A stretch of 64,000 bases of DNA from Alphaproteobacteria bacterium (lineage in GTDB: Bacteria; Pseudomonadota; Alphaproteobacteria; CALKHQ01). Where the stretch lies: assembly GCA_965227515.1 (NCBI GenBank), contig CBDDFZ010000002.1:800001-864000 (forward strand), read 5' to 3'. The number at the start of each line of letters is the position of its first letter. Within the stretch, counting starts at the first letter, position 1. Below, one piece after another: positions 39,989 to 50,393 of this stretch. The position numbers and the translations under genes were made by a program. The notes under the pieces are model-generated. The model made no database searches. It was given only the letters and a program-made list of their open reading frames with translations, and was not told the DNA's origin.

Positions 39989-40728
39989 TCGGCCCCATCG
40001 AGCTGGTGGCAGGCGCGCACCTGCGCGTTGAACCGCTCCAGGAACCCGGCGTTCATCGCCAGGAACGCGGGATCGAAATAGACACCGAGGCGGTACCGGC
40101 TTTCGTCGCGATTGACCCATGGCACCGGCTCCAGCTTCATCTGGCTGGTGACCTGGGCCATGCGGTTGGTCGACGCCAGGACCGCCTGCACCCGATCGTG
40201 CTGCAGCAGGTGTGCGAGCTGATCGGCCGACCGGACCGCGGCCGCCACCGTATAGCCCTGCTCGTTCAGCCAGCGGCAGGCGCCGGAATCGACCACCGCG
40301 CCGACGATGCCGAACATCTGGAAGTCGGCCGTATTGGGGTCGAGATCGGCGCCGTCCGGGACGAACCAGGCCCAATCCTGTGCCAGCAATGGCACCGACA
40401 TGGTCGCGATCTGGTGGATGTCGTCCTCGGTGATCTCGGTGATCACGCCTTCGGCCTGGCCGGCCCGCATGGCGCCGAGCGCGCGTCCCAGCGGCAGGTA
40501 TTCGATACGGAACGGCTGGTCCATCCGATCCATCGCGCATCGAACGACGGCGATGTCCTGCCGGTCCTGGGCGCCGCCGTTGGCAACTTCAAAGTGTGCG
40601 AAGCCCGAAGGGCGCGTCAGCAGCAGCAGTTCTTCCGCCGGGTCTGCGCTGCCGGGCCCTGTCATCGCCGATACCACCAAAGCAGAGGCCAGGCTGGTAC
40701 GCGTCAACCAAATCATCTCTTTCCTCAT
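39985..40728 (-). CDS. Periplasmic substrate-binding protein (family 3-like)
   Basis: Signal peptide; YLPLGRAL..MRAGQAEG, DRVQAVL, FLERFNAQV. Confidence 0.65.
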
Positions 40729-40840
40729 CCCCGGGTCGACGCGTCGAGCGACATACCTGAAGCTGTGTAGTCGGTGGCCGGCCGTTGAATCAGCCGACGG
40801 ATCGGGGAACCCCGGCTGGCGCCGGGGGGCCCGTTTGCGG

Positions 40841-43018
40841 TCAGTTGCAGATCGCCTGCTCCGGAGAACCGGTGTCGGCGACGGCCGGCGTCAGCACGCA
40901 CGATGCCTCGGCCAGATAGGCGCAGCGGAACTCACCCATGAAGCCGCTGTCGAAACACCGGCCGCGATCCAGCCCAACCATGTTGCGGAAGCTGACCGAC
41001 GCAACCGTACCGCCCTGCGCATCGCAGTTCAGGCGGGCCGTCGTTTCGGCCTGGGCCTTGGCGGCCAGCAGCACATTGGTCGGGTTGAAGCCGGAGTCCT
41101 CGCCGATGCCGGAGGTCTGCACCAGCTGCGGTGGTTGCGGACGCACGCCGATGGTGCACGTGCCGTATGCGCGGGCGTTGCGGTGCAGGCGCTGTTCCTG
41201 GGCCACCGTCAGAAGGCCGGTCTCCGGCTCGCCGAGTTGGCGCTGGAACACGCGGATGGCGCTCTCGGTGCCCCAACCGGTGCGGCCGTCGATCGGCATC
41301 AGGTAGAGGCCGAGTTCGCCCAGCGAGCGCTGGATGCGCACCATCTCGTTCCACGACCGCTGCGGCGGCGCGAAGGCCACGACCATCGCGCTGCCGGTCT
41401 CGGTCAGGCTGGCGATGTCGGCTTCCAGCCCGTCCAGGGCCGCGATGGCGAACTGGTCCAGGCCGTCGGGCGTGGTGGCGTCGGTCACCTCGACAACCAT
41501 GGCACCGATGGCCAGCGCCGGGCCGACCAGCATGGAGCGCGCCGGCGCATCCACGTCCACCTCGACCTCGTTGCCCTGGAAGCCGGCGGGCGGCTCGATC
41601 CAGTCGCCCGAGGCGTCGATGGTGGCGGAGCCAAGACGCGGCAGCAGCGCGAGCTCGGACAGCGCGGGCGGCGTCTCGATGGGCGTGTCCAGGATCTCCG
41701 CGGTGGCGCTCTGGACCGGATCTGCGGCCTCGACGATCTCCTCCACGGCGGTCTCGGCAACCGCGTCTTCGGCAATTGCGTCTTCGGCAACCGGGTCTTC
41801 GGCGGCCGTATCCTGGACGATGACCGGTATGTCCGGCACGGCCGGGATTTCGACCTCGGCAACCTCGATTTCAGCATCCGGCACAGGGATCGCGATCTCC
41901 GCGAACGTGCTGAATGGCACGTCCGGTTCGCTCGCCACCGATTCCGGCGTCACCGTCTCGACGGCCACGCTGATCGACGGATCGCCGCCGAGCGCGTCAA
42001 GCCTGGACCGCGCGAGGTCGGCATAGAGGCCTTCCGGAAAACGGGTCAGGTAGGACGCGAAGTAGTCGGGATTGTCCGACCCCTCGATTGCGGTCCAATA
42101 GATCAGGTCGATCACCTCCGGCGCGACCGGCTGGTCGGCGCTGGCGGTGCCGGACAGCAGCGCCTCCAGGTCCAGGGCGCCGGGTGCCGGCGCGGCGTCG
42201 GCGCGCTGCGTGAACACGTCGGAGGCCGCATTGAAGTAGAAGCTGCCGACAACATCGGCGGCCACCCAGGGCACCTGGGCATGGTTCGTCTGGGCCATCA
42301 CCGTGCGGGCAACGGCATTGAACGTGGTCACCACGTCGATGCCCGGCGCGGTCAGCCAGTTGACCAGCGCGGACGTGAACGGGCTGTGTGCGCCGTCGGT
42401 CTCGTTCGTGGTGTGGCCAGGGGTTACAGCCGACACGACGATGAAGCCGCGGTCCGGCTCCAGGGCGGCGATGCCGGGGCCCACCTCGACGGTGCGGCCG
42501 CGTTCCTGCGCCGCGCGCGCCAGCAGGCGCGGCAGCTCGTTGCCGCGGGAGGCGTCCAGCAACACCACGCCCAGGTCGGGCGCGGCATCGCGCACTTCGC
42601 GCATCACCAGCGAGAGCTCGATGGCCTCGTAGGGCAGATCGCCGGAATCGCCGATGGATGCCGAGGTCGGCAACAAGAAGTTCTCGCCGCCGAACTGCAC
42701 CGCATGGCCGCTGTAGTAGAACAGGGCCAGTTCGGCATCGGTGGCGGCGTCGCCAAAGTCGCGCAAGGCGAGCTGCATGTCGCCGACGGCGCCATTCAGC
42801 ACCAGCGAGACCTCGAATCCGAGCGATTGCAGGGATGTCGCGATTGTGCTCGCGTCGTCGTAGGGCTGGGCGAGCGGAGCCAGTTCGACATAATCCTGAT
42901 TGCCGATAACAAGCGCCACTCGGCGTGCCGGGTCCGCCGCAGCGGAACTGGCCACCATCACGGCAGCCGCCACAATCCCGACCAATTGTGTACCTAAGCG
43001 TGGGTCCAACAAGGCCAC
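40841..43018 (-). CDS. Secreted caspase-like (C14) protein with Cys-to-Ser substitution, acidic linker, PG-binding domain and Cys-rich tail
   Basis: RRVALVIGNQDY, FYYSGHA, LLDASRGN (canonical LDACRNN), HSPFTSAL, QVPW; PGBD IDGRTGWGTESAIRVFQ..L..TG; AGGAGG RBS. Confidence 0.85.
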   Translation of the reverse strand: MALLDPRLGTQLVGIVAAAVMVASSAAADPARRVALVIGNQDYVELAPLAQPYDDASTIATSLQSLGFEVSLVLNGAVGDMQLALRDFGDAATDAELALFYYSGHAVQFGGENFLLPTSASIGDSGDLPYEAIELSLVMREVRDAAPDLGVVLLDASRGNELPRLLARAAQERGRTVEVGPGIAALEPDRGFIVVSAVTPGHTTNETDGAHSPFTSALVNWLTAPGIDVVTTFNAVARTVMAQTNHAQVPWVAADVVGSFYFNAASDVFTQRADAAPAPGALDLEALLSGTASADQPVAPEVIDLIYWTAIEGSDNPDYFASYLTRFPEGLYADLARSRLDALGGDPSISVAVETVTPESVASEPDVPFSTFAEIAIPVPDAEIEVAEVEIPAVPDIPVIVQDTAAEDPVAEDAIAEDAVAETAVEEIVEAADPVQSATAEILDTPIETPPALSELALLPRLGSATIDASGDWIEPPAGFQGNEVEVDVDAPARSMLVGPALAIGAMVVEVTDATTPDGLDQFAIAALDGLEADIASLTETGSAMVVAFAPPQRSWNEMVRIQRSLGELGLYLMPIDGRTGWGTESAIRVFQRQLGEPETGLLTVAQEQRLHRNARAYGTCTIGVRPQPPQLVQTSGIGEDSGFNPTNVLLAAKAQAETTARLNCDAQGGTVASVSFRNMVGLDRGRCFDSGFMGEFRCAYLAEASCVLTPAVADTGSPEQAICN

Positions 43019-43096
43019 CTCCTCCTAGAAGCTGACCGGCCGCATCGAGAAAGACGATGCTGGGATGCCATCAGTCGAAGGTTGGGTTCGTTCTGG

Positions 43097-43144
43097 TAAA
43101 CGAAGAGTTAACACCAAGATTAATGTCACGTTTAATTCCCTTAA
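43097..43144. promoter_or_regulatory. TTAA half-site array / putative CtrA-type site in the divergent promoter region
   Basis: TAAA-N7-TTAAC (43097-43112) plus TTAA at 43120, 43132 and 43141. Confidence 0.45.
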
Positions 43145-43325
43145 TGTCTAGCCGCGATGCCCGGCGCTCCAGGGGTTGCTCCATCGGGCGATCCAGGGCC
43201 GGCACTGCGCGTACCCTCGACGTCCCGGCGTCGACAACGCTATGGTGCGCCGCGACGCGGGAACGAGGTCGGCCGGGCGGCGACCGTCCGGCAGAAGTTG
43301 GTTAAGGATTGGCTGCGACTGGACC

Positions 43326-45344
43326 ATGATCATGCACAGACGGCTGAACTGGCGCACCGGCGGTATCTTGTTGATGGCCGCGGTTTTCCTGGCGATATTC
43401 CAGGCCCCGGCCTTGGCGCAGAACTGCACGCAGAACCAGGTGCAGCTCTCCCAGGCGCTGACCGATTCCGAATCCGCGCTGGTGCAGGTCCGCCAGTCGC
43501 TCGATGCGTTCGGGCGCGATCTGATCGGGCCGCGCGACGGCCCGCTGGACGCCAGCCAGGTCAGTGCGGTGACCACCCAGATGGACGCCTACGTTAACGC
43601 GTTGACGTCGTTCGAGGGCCAGGTGCGCCAGTACGTGCCGGCCTGCGGCCCCGGCTTCGCCGCCGACGCGGACCGCCTGAGCGGGCTGATCGGCGACTTC
43701 CGCGCGCAGCGGGAGCGTGCCGACCGGCTGTTGGCCGACCACACCGCCCTTGTGCAGTCGGGCGAGCCGGCGATGAGCCAGGGCGAGATGGAAGCCGTGC
43801 AGCTCGCGCTTGCCGCGCTGGGCCACTACAACGGCGGCGCCGATGGGCGCTTCGGTCCCGGCACCCGTGGCGCCATCTCCGCCTTCCAGGCCGCGCAGGG
43901 GCAGCCGCAGACCGGCTACCTGACGCCGGATCAGCGCCAGGCCCTGCTGACCCAGGCGGCGCAGACCAATCAGCCGCCGAACCCCAACACATCGGACCCG
44001 AATACGCCGGTGCCTGGCACGCTGCCGCCGGCACCGCCGGTCGCCGACAATCCGCCGCCGGCGCTTGACCCGCAGACCGCCCAGATCTGCCAGCAGAACA
44101 CGGCGGAGGTGGAGAACGCGGTCACCCAGGCCAGCACCTTCCGCCAACAGATCACCGCGCGGGTCAGCGCATTCCGCACGGCGACGCGCGGGCCGCGGGT
44201 GCCGGAGATCGACGAGGACGAGGGCACGCGCATCATCTCGGAGATCGACAGCTACGTGCCCGCGCTGGAGAACTTCCAGCAGCAGGCGGGCGCGGTCGCC
44301 GGGCAGTGCGGTGCAGCGTTCGACGACGCGCTGTCGCGCCTGGGCAGCCAGATCGACGGGCTGCGCTCGCAGCGCCAACGCGCCGGTGTCGTGGTGGATG
44401 CGCTGAACACCCTCCTTGCCTCCGGCGAGCCGCCGATGGACGAGGAGACCATGCAGGACGTGCAGACCGGGCTGAAGGCGTTGGGCCACTATGGCGGCCC
44501 CATCGACGCGCTGTTCGGCTCCGGCACCAGGCGGGCGATCAGTGCCTACCAGACCCAGATCGGCCAGCCCGCCACCGGCTACCTGACTGCGGCCCAGATC
44601 ATCGCGTTGCGCGATGCGGCGGCCCCGGCGCCGACTCCGACGCCCACGCCAAACCCGCCGACACCGACCCCCACTCAAGATCCGCCGCCGAACCCGCTGC
44701 TCTCCGGCACGTCCGGCAACAACGCCGGCACCTCCGGCGGGCAGACGCCGGTGGTGCAGGTGCGGGCCGAACTGGCCGAGGCCCTGTCCCAGAAATCGGC
44801 ACCGCCGCTGATGTCGAGCGGTGGCGGCTCATCCGGGCTGGCGCTTGAGGATGCGCTGCATTGGCTGACGGCAAACCAGCCGCAGCGGCTGATCGACGAG
44901 CGGGCGAGCCTGGTTGGCGAGATCTATCTCGACAACGGGCCGGACACGGTGGCGATGGCCGATGCGCACGTGCTGATCGCGGAGGCCTATGCCCAACTCG
45001 GTCTGTTCGGCGATGCGGTCTATCACGCCGAGCGCGCCGGCGAGGTGTGGGTGGACGCCGGCGGCAGCGCCGAGGCGGATCGTGCCCGCATGCTGGCGCA
45101 GATCGCCACCATGCGGCTGGCCCGCGCGTTGACCCGCGCCGACGATGCGACGATCTCCGGCGCCGAGTTCGACCAGATCCTGGCCTATCTGAACGAGGCT
45201 CGTAACGCGGCGTCGCAGGCCCTGCCAAGCGACGATCCGCTGCAGGCGGCGATCGTCGACAGGCTGGCCGATCTCCATGTCGCGGCAGGCCGTTCGGCCA
45301 GCGACAGCGCGATCCGCAGCTCGATCTCGGCCCGCTACGGCTGA
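43326..45344 (+). CDS. Secreted protein: two (helical bundle + PG-binding) repeats, Pro-rich linkers and a C-terminal TPR-like domain
   Basis: Signal peptide; two PGBD motifs LGHY.G..D..FG.GTR.AISA.Q...GQP.TGYLT; clear internal duplication. Confidence 0.85.
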   Translation: MIMHRRLNWRTGGILLMAAVFLAIFQAPALAQNCTQNQVQLSQALTDSESALVQVRQSLDAFGRDLIGPRDGPLDASQVSAVTTQMDAYVNALTSFEGQVRQYVPACGPGFAADADRLSGLIGDFRAQRERADRLLADHTALVQSGEPAMSQGEMEAVQLALAALGHYNGGADGRFGPGTRGAISAFQAAQGQPQTGYLTPDQRQALLTQAAQTNQPPNPNTSDPNTPVPGTLPPAPPVADNPPPALDPQTAQICQQNTAEVENAVTQASTFRQQITARVSAFRTATRGPRVPEIDEDEGTRIISEIDSYVPALENFQQQAGAVAGQCGAAFDDALSRLGSQIDGLRSQRQRAGVVVDALNTLLASGEPPMDEETMQDVQTGLKALGHYGGPIDALFGSGTRRAISAYQTQIGQPATGYLTAAQIIALRDAAAPAPTPTPTPNPPTPTPTQDPPPNPLLSGTSGNNAGTSGGQTPVVQVRAELAEALSQKSAPPLMSSGGGSSGLALEDALHWLTANQPQRLIDERASLVGEIYLDNGPDTVAMADAHVLIAEAYAQLGLFGDAVYHAERAGEVWVDAGGSAEADRARMLAQIATMRLARALTRADDATISGAEFDQILAYLNEARNAASQALPSDDPLQAAIVDRLADLHVAAGRSASDSAIRSSISARYG

Positions 45345-46324
45345 CCGGAACTGGCAGGACCGGCCGTCGTTTCGGCGTAGACCAGCGCCGCGGCGGCCAG
45401 GTCCTCCAGCGCGCAGCCGACCGACTTGAACAGCGTGATCTCGTCGGGTGCGCCGCGGCCCGGGTGGTCGCCGCGGCATAGCTCGGCGAGTTCCGCCGCG
45501 ATGGCGTCCTCCCCGATCAGCCCGTCTGCGATCGGCCGGCAGATGTCGCCGGCCTCGGCCAGACAGCCGGCACGGGTATCGACGAAAAGGGTCGCGCGGC
45601 GCACCGCCGTATCGTCGGCCTCGCGCATGTCGGGCCGAAACCCGCCCACCAGGTCCAGGTGCGTGCCGGGGCGCAGCCACTCGCCATGGATCAGCGGATC
45701 GGTGCTGGACGTGGCGCACGATATTATGTCGGCACGGCCAGCAGCCGACGCCAGATCGTCGACGATCTCGATGTGGAGTCCTTCGCCGGCAAGATCGGCG
45801 GCCAGCCGCTCGGCGCGGTCGGCGCCACGGTTCCACAGCAGGACCTGCCTGATCGGGCGCACGGCGGCATGGGCGCGCACCAGGTGCGGGGCCAGCGCGC
45901 CGGCCCCGACCATCAGCAGCACCGACGCATCCGTCCGGCTGAGATAGGAGGAGGCGAGCGCGGAAGCGGCCGCGGTGCGGCGCACGGTCAGTGCCTCGCC
46001 GTCGATCACCGCGCGCATGGCGCCGGTCGGGCCGTCCATCAGCGCATAGAGCGCGTGCACCGAGGGCAGGTTGCGGGCCGGGTTGCCTGGTACGAACGTC
46101 ACCAGTTTGACGCCGATGTCGACGTCGGGCCGCCACGCCGGCATCAGCAGCAGAACCGACGGCGCCTCTTTGTCCGATGGCACGGTGTGGTTGTGGCGGA
46201 CCGGCGCCTGGACATCGCCGGCAGCGAACGCCGCGCGCAACGCCTCGATGGTGCGCTCCGGCTGCAGAACGGCGGCAACCGCGGCACCGTCTATCATCCG
46301 CAGCGGAGGATTGGCGTCTCCCAC
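45335..46324 (-). CDS. Ornithine cyclodeaminase / mu-crystallin family protein
   Basis: LLLMPAW, GVKLVT, LTVRRTAAASALA, GAGALA, FKSVGCALEDLAAA. Confidence 0.92.
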   Translation of the reverse strand: MGDANPPLRMIDGAAVAAVLQPERTIEALRAAFAAGDVQAPVRHNHTVPSDKEAPSVLLLMPAWRPDVDIGVKLVTFVPGNPARNLPSVHALYALMDGPTGAMRAVIDGEALTVRRTAAASALASSYLSRTDASVLLMVGAGALAPHLVRAHAAVRPIRQVLLWNRGADRAERLAADLAGEGLHIEIVDDLASAAGRADIISCATSSTDPLIHGEWLRPGTHLDLVGGFRPDMREADDTAVRRATLFVDTRAGCLAEAGDICRPIADGLIGEDAIAAELAELCRGDHPGRGAPDEITLFKSVGCALEDLAAAALVYAETTAGPASSGQP

Positions 46325-46357
46325 GGGTGCGCGGTCCGGCCTAGGAAGTGAATCGGG

Positions 46358-46747
46358 TCAGCGGGCCAGCACAGGCAGCAGGTTGCTGTCTTGTGCGCGG
46401 GTGCGCAGCGGCAGGGCCGACGTCGGCGGCGCGGGTGGCGGCGGATCCTGTGCCTCGGTCGCGGCTCCGCGAGCGCGCAGGGCGGCGATTTCGTCGCGCA
46501 GATCCTCGATCTCCCGGCGCCGCGCCCGTGCCCGCCGCCGTGCGCCGGCCGACGAGAAGAAGGCGGCAATCGCGCCGATGATGAAACCGATCAGCACCGC
46601 GGCCGCGAACCAAGCATAGAACGGCAGCGTCATCTGCCATGCCAGCGGCCACAGCTTGACCGTGGTGTCGAACGTGTTCGACAGCGCAAACGCCACCCCA
46701 ACCGCCAGCAGCGGCAGCACGATGATCAACGAGATGATGAAGTGCAT
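46358..46747 (-). CDS. lapA: Lipopolysaccharide assembly protein A domain protein
   Basis: FALSN, two TM helices, basic coiled coil; lies directly downstream of ihfB, the usual context. Confidence 0.78.
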   Translation of the reverse strand: MHFIISLIIVLPLLAVGVAFALSNTFDTTVKLWPLAWQMTLPFYAWFAAAVLIGFIIGAIAAFFSSAGARRRARARRREIEDLRDEIAALRARGAATEAQDPPPPAPPTSALPLRTRAQDSNLLPVLAR

Positions 46748-46833
46748 GGCAGGCCCTTCCTCGACCGGATTCACGGGCCGGACTATAGCACGGTTGCGAT
46801 GGTGGAAGGTGCGGCCCGTCGGCCCGGCGAAGC

Positions 46834-47118
46834 TCAGCCCTCGCCGTTCACCCGCTCGCGCAGTTCCTTGCCGGTCTTGAAGAACGGGATGTACTTGTCC
46901 TCCACCTCGACCGATTCCCCGGTGCGCGGGTTGCGGCCGATGCGCGAAGCCCGGTGCTTGACCGAGAACGCGCCGAAGCCGCGCAATTCCACCCGGTCGC
47001 CGCGGGCCAGCGCGTCGCTGATTTCGTCGAATATGGTGGCCACGATGCGTTCGACGTCGCGCTGGTACAAGTGAGGATTGCGCTGAGCCAACCGCTGGAT
47101 GAGTTCAGACTTGGTCAT
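46834..47118 (-). CDS. ihfB: Integration host factor beta subunit
   Basis: [40 protein letters not shown]. Confidence 0.97.
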   Translation of the reverse strand: MTKSELIQRLAQRNPHLYQRDVERIVATIFDEISDALARGDRVELRGFGAFSVKHRASRIGRNPRTGESVEVEDKYIPFFKTGKELRERVNGEG

Positions 47119-47477
47119 CGGATACCGGTATCACCCTAACCACCGTTCAGACGGGGCGACGATTGATGGGCCGCCCGCATCAGGCGCGCCCCGCCGCGCT
47201 GTCACCACCCTGGTGAAATGGTGTCGCACAATTGGGGTGTCGCGCCGGAATCCGGGCGGTAGTTGTCGCGGCCGACCGCGTCTCCTGCAACGCTGCCGGC
47301 ACGGCAACCAAAATCGTGCCACGTCGCCGTTCCGCGGTCAACACTAAGTATATGCTTTGTTTGGGTTTTTCTGGCGGGGGCGAAAATCCGCCCGCCCGGA
47401 CGCGCGTGACATTGCATTTGTGCGACAACCCCGGCAGTCTGCCGGCGCCGTTCGACCGACCGGGACTTGGCCCGAAA

Positions 47478-47966
47478 ATGACCCGCCTGGACAGTGTGAT
47501 CAACCGATTGCAGGCGCAGCGCGCGTGCATTGACGATGCCGTGCGCCGGATCGCCGGGATGGACGGTTGCGTGCTGGAGCTTGGGCTCGGCAACGGGCGC
47601 ACGTTCGACCATCTGCGCGACCGCCTGCCGGGCCGCGACATCTACGTGTTCGACCGCTTCGTGAGATCGCACCCCGACAGCACGCCCGACGAGGCGCACC
47701 TGTTCCTGGGCGACTTCGACGACACCCTGCCGCAGGCCGCTGCCCGGCTTGGCCGCACCGCGGTGCTGGCGCATTGCGACTTCGGCAGCGGACGCCCGGA
47801 AGTCGACGCCGAGATGGCGAAACGGCTGGTTGGGCTGTTGCGGCCGCTGCTGGCGCCCGGCGCCATCGTGCTCTCCGACCAGCCGTTGATTCTGGACGGT
47901 GGCACGCCGCTGCCACTGCCGGACGGCGTGGCGTCCGGCCGTTACCAGATGTTCCAGGCTAGCTGA
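47478..47966 (+). CDS. Class I SAM-dependent methyltransferase-like protein
   Basis: RLDSVINRLQAQR, VLELGLGNGRTFDHLR, HCDFGSG. Confidence 0.82.
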   Translation: MTRLDSVINRLQAQRACIDDAVRRIAGMDGCVLELGLGNGRTFDHLRDRLPGRDIYVFDRFVRSHPDSTPDEAHLFLGDFDDTLPQAAARLGRTAVLAHCDFGSGRPEVDAEMAKRLVGLLRPLLAPGAIVLSDQPLILDGGTPLPLPDGVASGRYQMFQAS

Positions 47967-47976
47967 ACCCGAACAG

Positions 47977-48651
47977 CTATTTCCAACTCACGATCTCGTC
48001 CAACGGCTTGCGCTGGATGTCCGGCACCCGCGCATCGTCCGCCGGGTAGCCGACGACCAGCAGCAGGAACGGCTTCTCGTTCGCCGGCCGCTCCAGGATC
48101 TCGTTCAGGAAGCCCATCGGGCTCGGCGTGTGGGTGAGGGTGGCGAGCCCGGCCCGGTGGAGGGCCGTGATCAGCATGCCGGTGGCGATGCCGACGGACT
48201 CCGCCACGTAGTAGTGCTTCACATTGCGCCCGTCGGGCAGGGTGCCGTGGCGCTCGGCGAGGATCGCGATCAGCCAGGGTGCGGTCTCCAGGAATGGCTT
48301 TTCGGCGTCGGTGCCCAGGGGCGCCAGGGCTGTCAGCCACTCCGTGCTCGCCCGCTCGGCATAGAACGCGCGTTCCTCCTCTTCGGCCGCGACCCGGATG
48401 CGCGCCTTCACCGCCGCGTCCGATACCGCCACGAAGTGCCAGGGCTGCATGTTGGCGCCGGATGGCGCACTGCCCGCCGCGCGCAGTGCCTGCGCGATCA
48501 ACGTGCGCGGCACCGTCCGGTCGGAGAAGTCGCGCACCGTGTGGCGCAGGTGCAGGTGGTCGGCGAATGCGGTCGTCGCGGCGACCGCTTCGTCCGGCGC
48601 GGGCCGGTCGACGGCGGGCAGCGGAATTGTCTTGGGTGCAAGGGCGGTCAT
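47977..48651 (-). CDS. Nitroreductase family protein, iodotyrosine deiodinase-like
   Basis: [74 protein letters not shown]. Confidence 0.85.
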   Translation of the reverse strand: MTALAPKTIPLPAVDRPAPDEAVAATTAFADHLHLRHTVRDFSDRTVPRTLIAQALRAAGSAPSGANMQPWHFVAVSDAAVKARIRVAAEEEERAFYAERASTEWLTALAPLGTDAEKPFLETAPWLIAILAERHGTLPDGRNVKHYYVAESVGIATGMLITALHRAGLATLTHTPSPMGFLNEILERPANEKPFLLLVVGYPADDARVPDIQRKPLDEIVSWK

Positions 48652-49547
48652 TGCGGCTCCGATTGTTGCAGCAGCCAGTCGCGGAAGCGCGCGATCTTGG
48701 GCCGCTCGGCGGTCGCGGGCGGGCAGACGATCCAGTAGGCGAAGTCGGCGGGGATGGCATCGGCCAAGGGGCGCACCAGCCGCCCGTCCGCCAGGTCGAG
48801 CGCGGCGAGCGCGCTCCGCGCCAGCGCGACTCCTTGGCCGGCAATGGCGGCGTCGATGGCAAGACTGGTCTGGTTGAACACCGGGCCGTGGTCGAGGTCG
48901 AAACTTGCCGGGTCGGCGCCCACCGCGCGCAGCCAGTGCGGCCAGCCCTCGCGGCTGCGGTCGTGGATCAGCACGAAGCGCGCGAGGTCTGCGACGGAGG
49001 ACAGCCGGTCCCCGGCGAGCAGGCCGGGGCTCGCCACCGGGAACATCTCCTCCGCGCAAAGCCGGGTGACATGGAGGTGGGGCCATTCGCCGTCGCCGTG
49101 GCGAATGGCGACGTCGATGCCGTCACCGCTAAACGTGACGTGCTGCATGGCGGCGGATATGCGCAGATCGAGGTCGGGATGCGCCGACGTGAACGCGCCG
49201 AGCCGGGGCACCAGCCACTTGGCGGCGAAGTTGGGCGAGCAACTGACGGTCAGGATATTGCCGGTGTCCTGCGGGCGCAGGGCCTCCGCGCCCGCCCACA
49301 GCCGATCCAATGCCGCGCGGGCGAACGGCAGATAGGTGCGGCCCGCCGTGCTGAGCACGATGCCGCGCGCCTCCCGCTCGAACAGGCGGGCGCCGAGGCG
49401 CGCCTCCAGCTCGCGAATGCGGTGGCTGACCGCGCCCTGGGTCTGGCCCAGCTCCGCCGCAGCGCGGGTGAAGCTGGCCAGCCGCGCCGCTGCCTCGAAC
49501 GCGCGCAGCGCGCCGGTCGATGGCAGGTGCCCGGACTGGTCAGTCAT
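48648..49547 (-). CDS. LysR family regulator (GcvA/AmpR-like)
   Basis: [47 protein letters not shown]. Confidence 0.93.
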   Translation of the reverse strand: MTDQSGHLPSTGALRAFEAAARLASFTRAAAELGQTQGAVSHRIRELEARLGARLFEREARGIVLSTAGRTYLPFARAALDRLWAGAEALRPQDTGNILTVSCSPNFAAKWLVPRLGAFTSAHPDLDLRISAAMQHVTFSGDGIDVAIRHGDGEWPHLHVTRLCAEEMFPVASPGLLAGDRLSSVADLARFVLIHDRSREGWPHWLRAVGADPASFDLDHGPVFNQTSLAIDAAIAGQGVALARSALAALDLADGRLVRPLADAIPADFAYWIVCPPATAERPKIARFRDWLLQQSEPQ

Positions 49548-49649
49548 TAAAAATTCTCATGCTCTGGTGAATTGTTTTGGCTTTAATGCAGACTAGTTGG
49601 CCGCCAACATATTAGCAATGTTGAGATGAGCGCGGCGGGGTGAGTGGCG

Positions 49650-50393
49650 ATGACAATGCAATCGATCGGTGCGGATGCGTTGGGCGCGGCAATCGGCCGG
49701 CCCGATGCACCGCTGATATTCGATGTCTGCCGAGCCGAGAAGTTCTGCGCGCACGAGCGGGTCATTGCCGGCGCGCGCTGGCGCGATCACATGATGACCG
49801 ACACGTGGGGTCCGCAAGTGCCGGCCGGTGCCGAGGTCGTCGTCTATTGCGTCCACGGCCACAATGTCAGCCAGCTTGCCGCAGCGCGCTTGCGCAATCT
49901 GGGGGTCCGCGCAAGGCACCTGGACGGCGGCATCGAGCACTACCTCTCGCTGGGCCATCCGTCGGTGCTGCGCCGGCCGCACCCGCATGGCGCGACCGAC
50001 CGCGCCAGCCGGTGGGTCACCGCGCCGGGCGGCGGCGTGGACCGGCTGGCGTGCTGCTGGTTCATCCGGCGGTTCCTGGATCCGGCGGCCGCGTTTCACG
50101 TCGTGGAAGGAGAGTGGGTGGCGGACGTGGCAGAGGAATTGGAAGCTGCTGCCTTCGGGTGCAGGGACGCGCTGCCCGATCTCGGCGCGATGATCGCGCA
50201 CTACAGTATCGAGGTTGACGCGTTGCATGAGGTGGCCGGCGCACTGTCGCGCCCGGAGGCCGGCATTGCCGCTATTCTGGCTGGGCTCGCCTGCCTCTAC
50301 AAGGATGACAGGGTGCTGATGGCCCAGGCGATGCCGGTGTTCGACGGGCTTTATGCCGAGGCGCAAGCCGTCGCGTCACGGGCGGCGGCATGA
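49650..50393 (+). CDS. chrB: ChrB-like protein (rhodanese domain plus divergent ChrB C-terminal domain)
   Basis: VVYCVHGHNVSQ, LDGGIE, RWVT....VDRLACCWFIRRFLDP, PEAGI..ILAGL. Confidence 0.75.
   Translation: MTMQSIGADALGAAIGRPDAPLIFDVCRAEKFCAHERVIAGARWRDHMMTDTWGPQVPAGAEVVVYCVHGHNVSQLAAARLRNLGVRARHLDGGIEHYLSLGHPSVLRRPHPHGATDRASRWVTAPGGGVDRLACCWFIRRFLDPAAAFHVVEGEWVADVAEELEAAAFGCRDALPDLGAMIAHYSIEVDALHEVAGALSRPEAGIAAILAGLACLYKDDRVLMAQAMPVFDGLYAEAQAVASRAAA

Noticed and set aside
39989-40540. Long N-terminal extension of the histidine kinase
   Set aside because: Alternative frame of the upstream SBP gene; the ATGA overlap supports the start at 39988.
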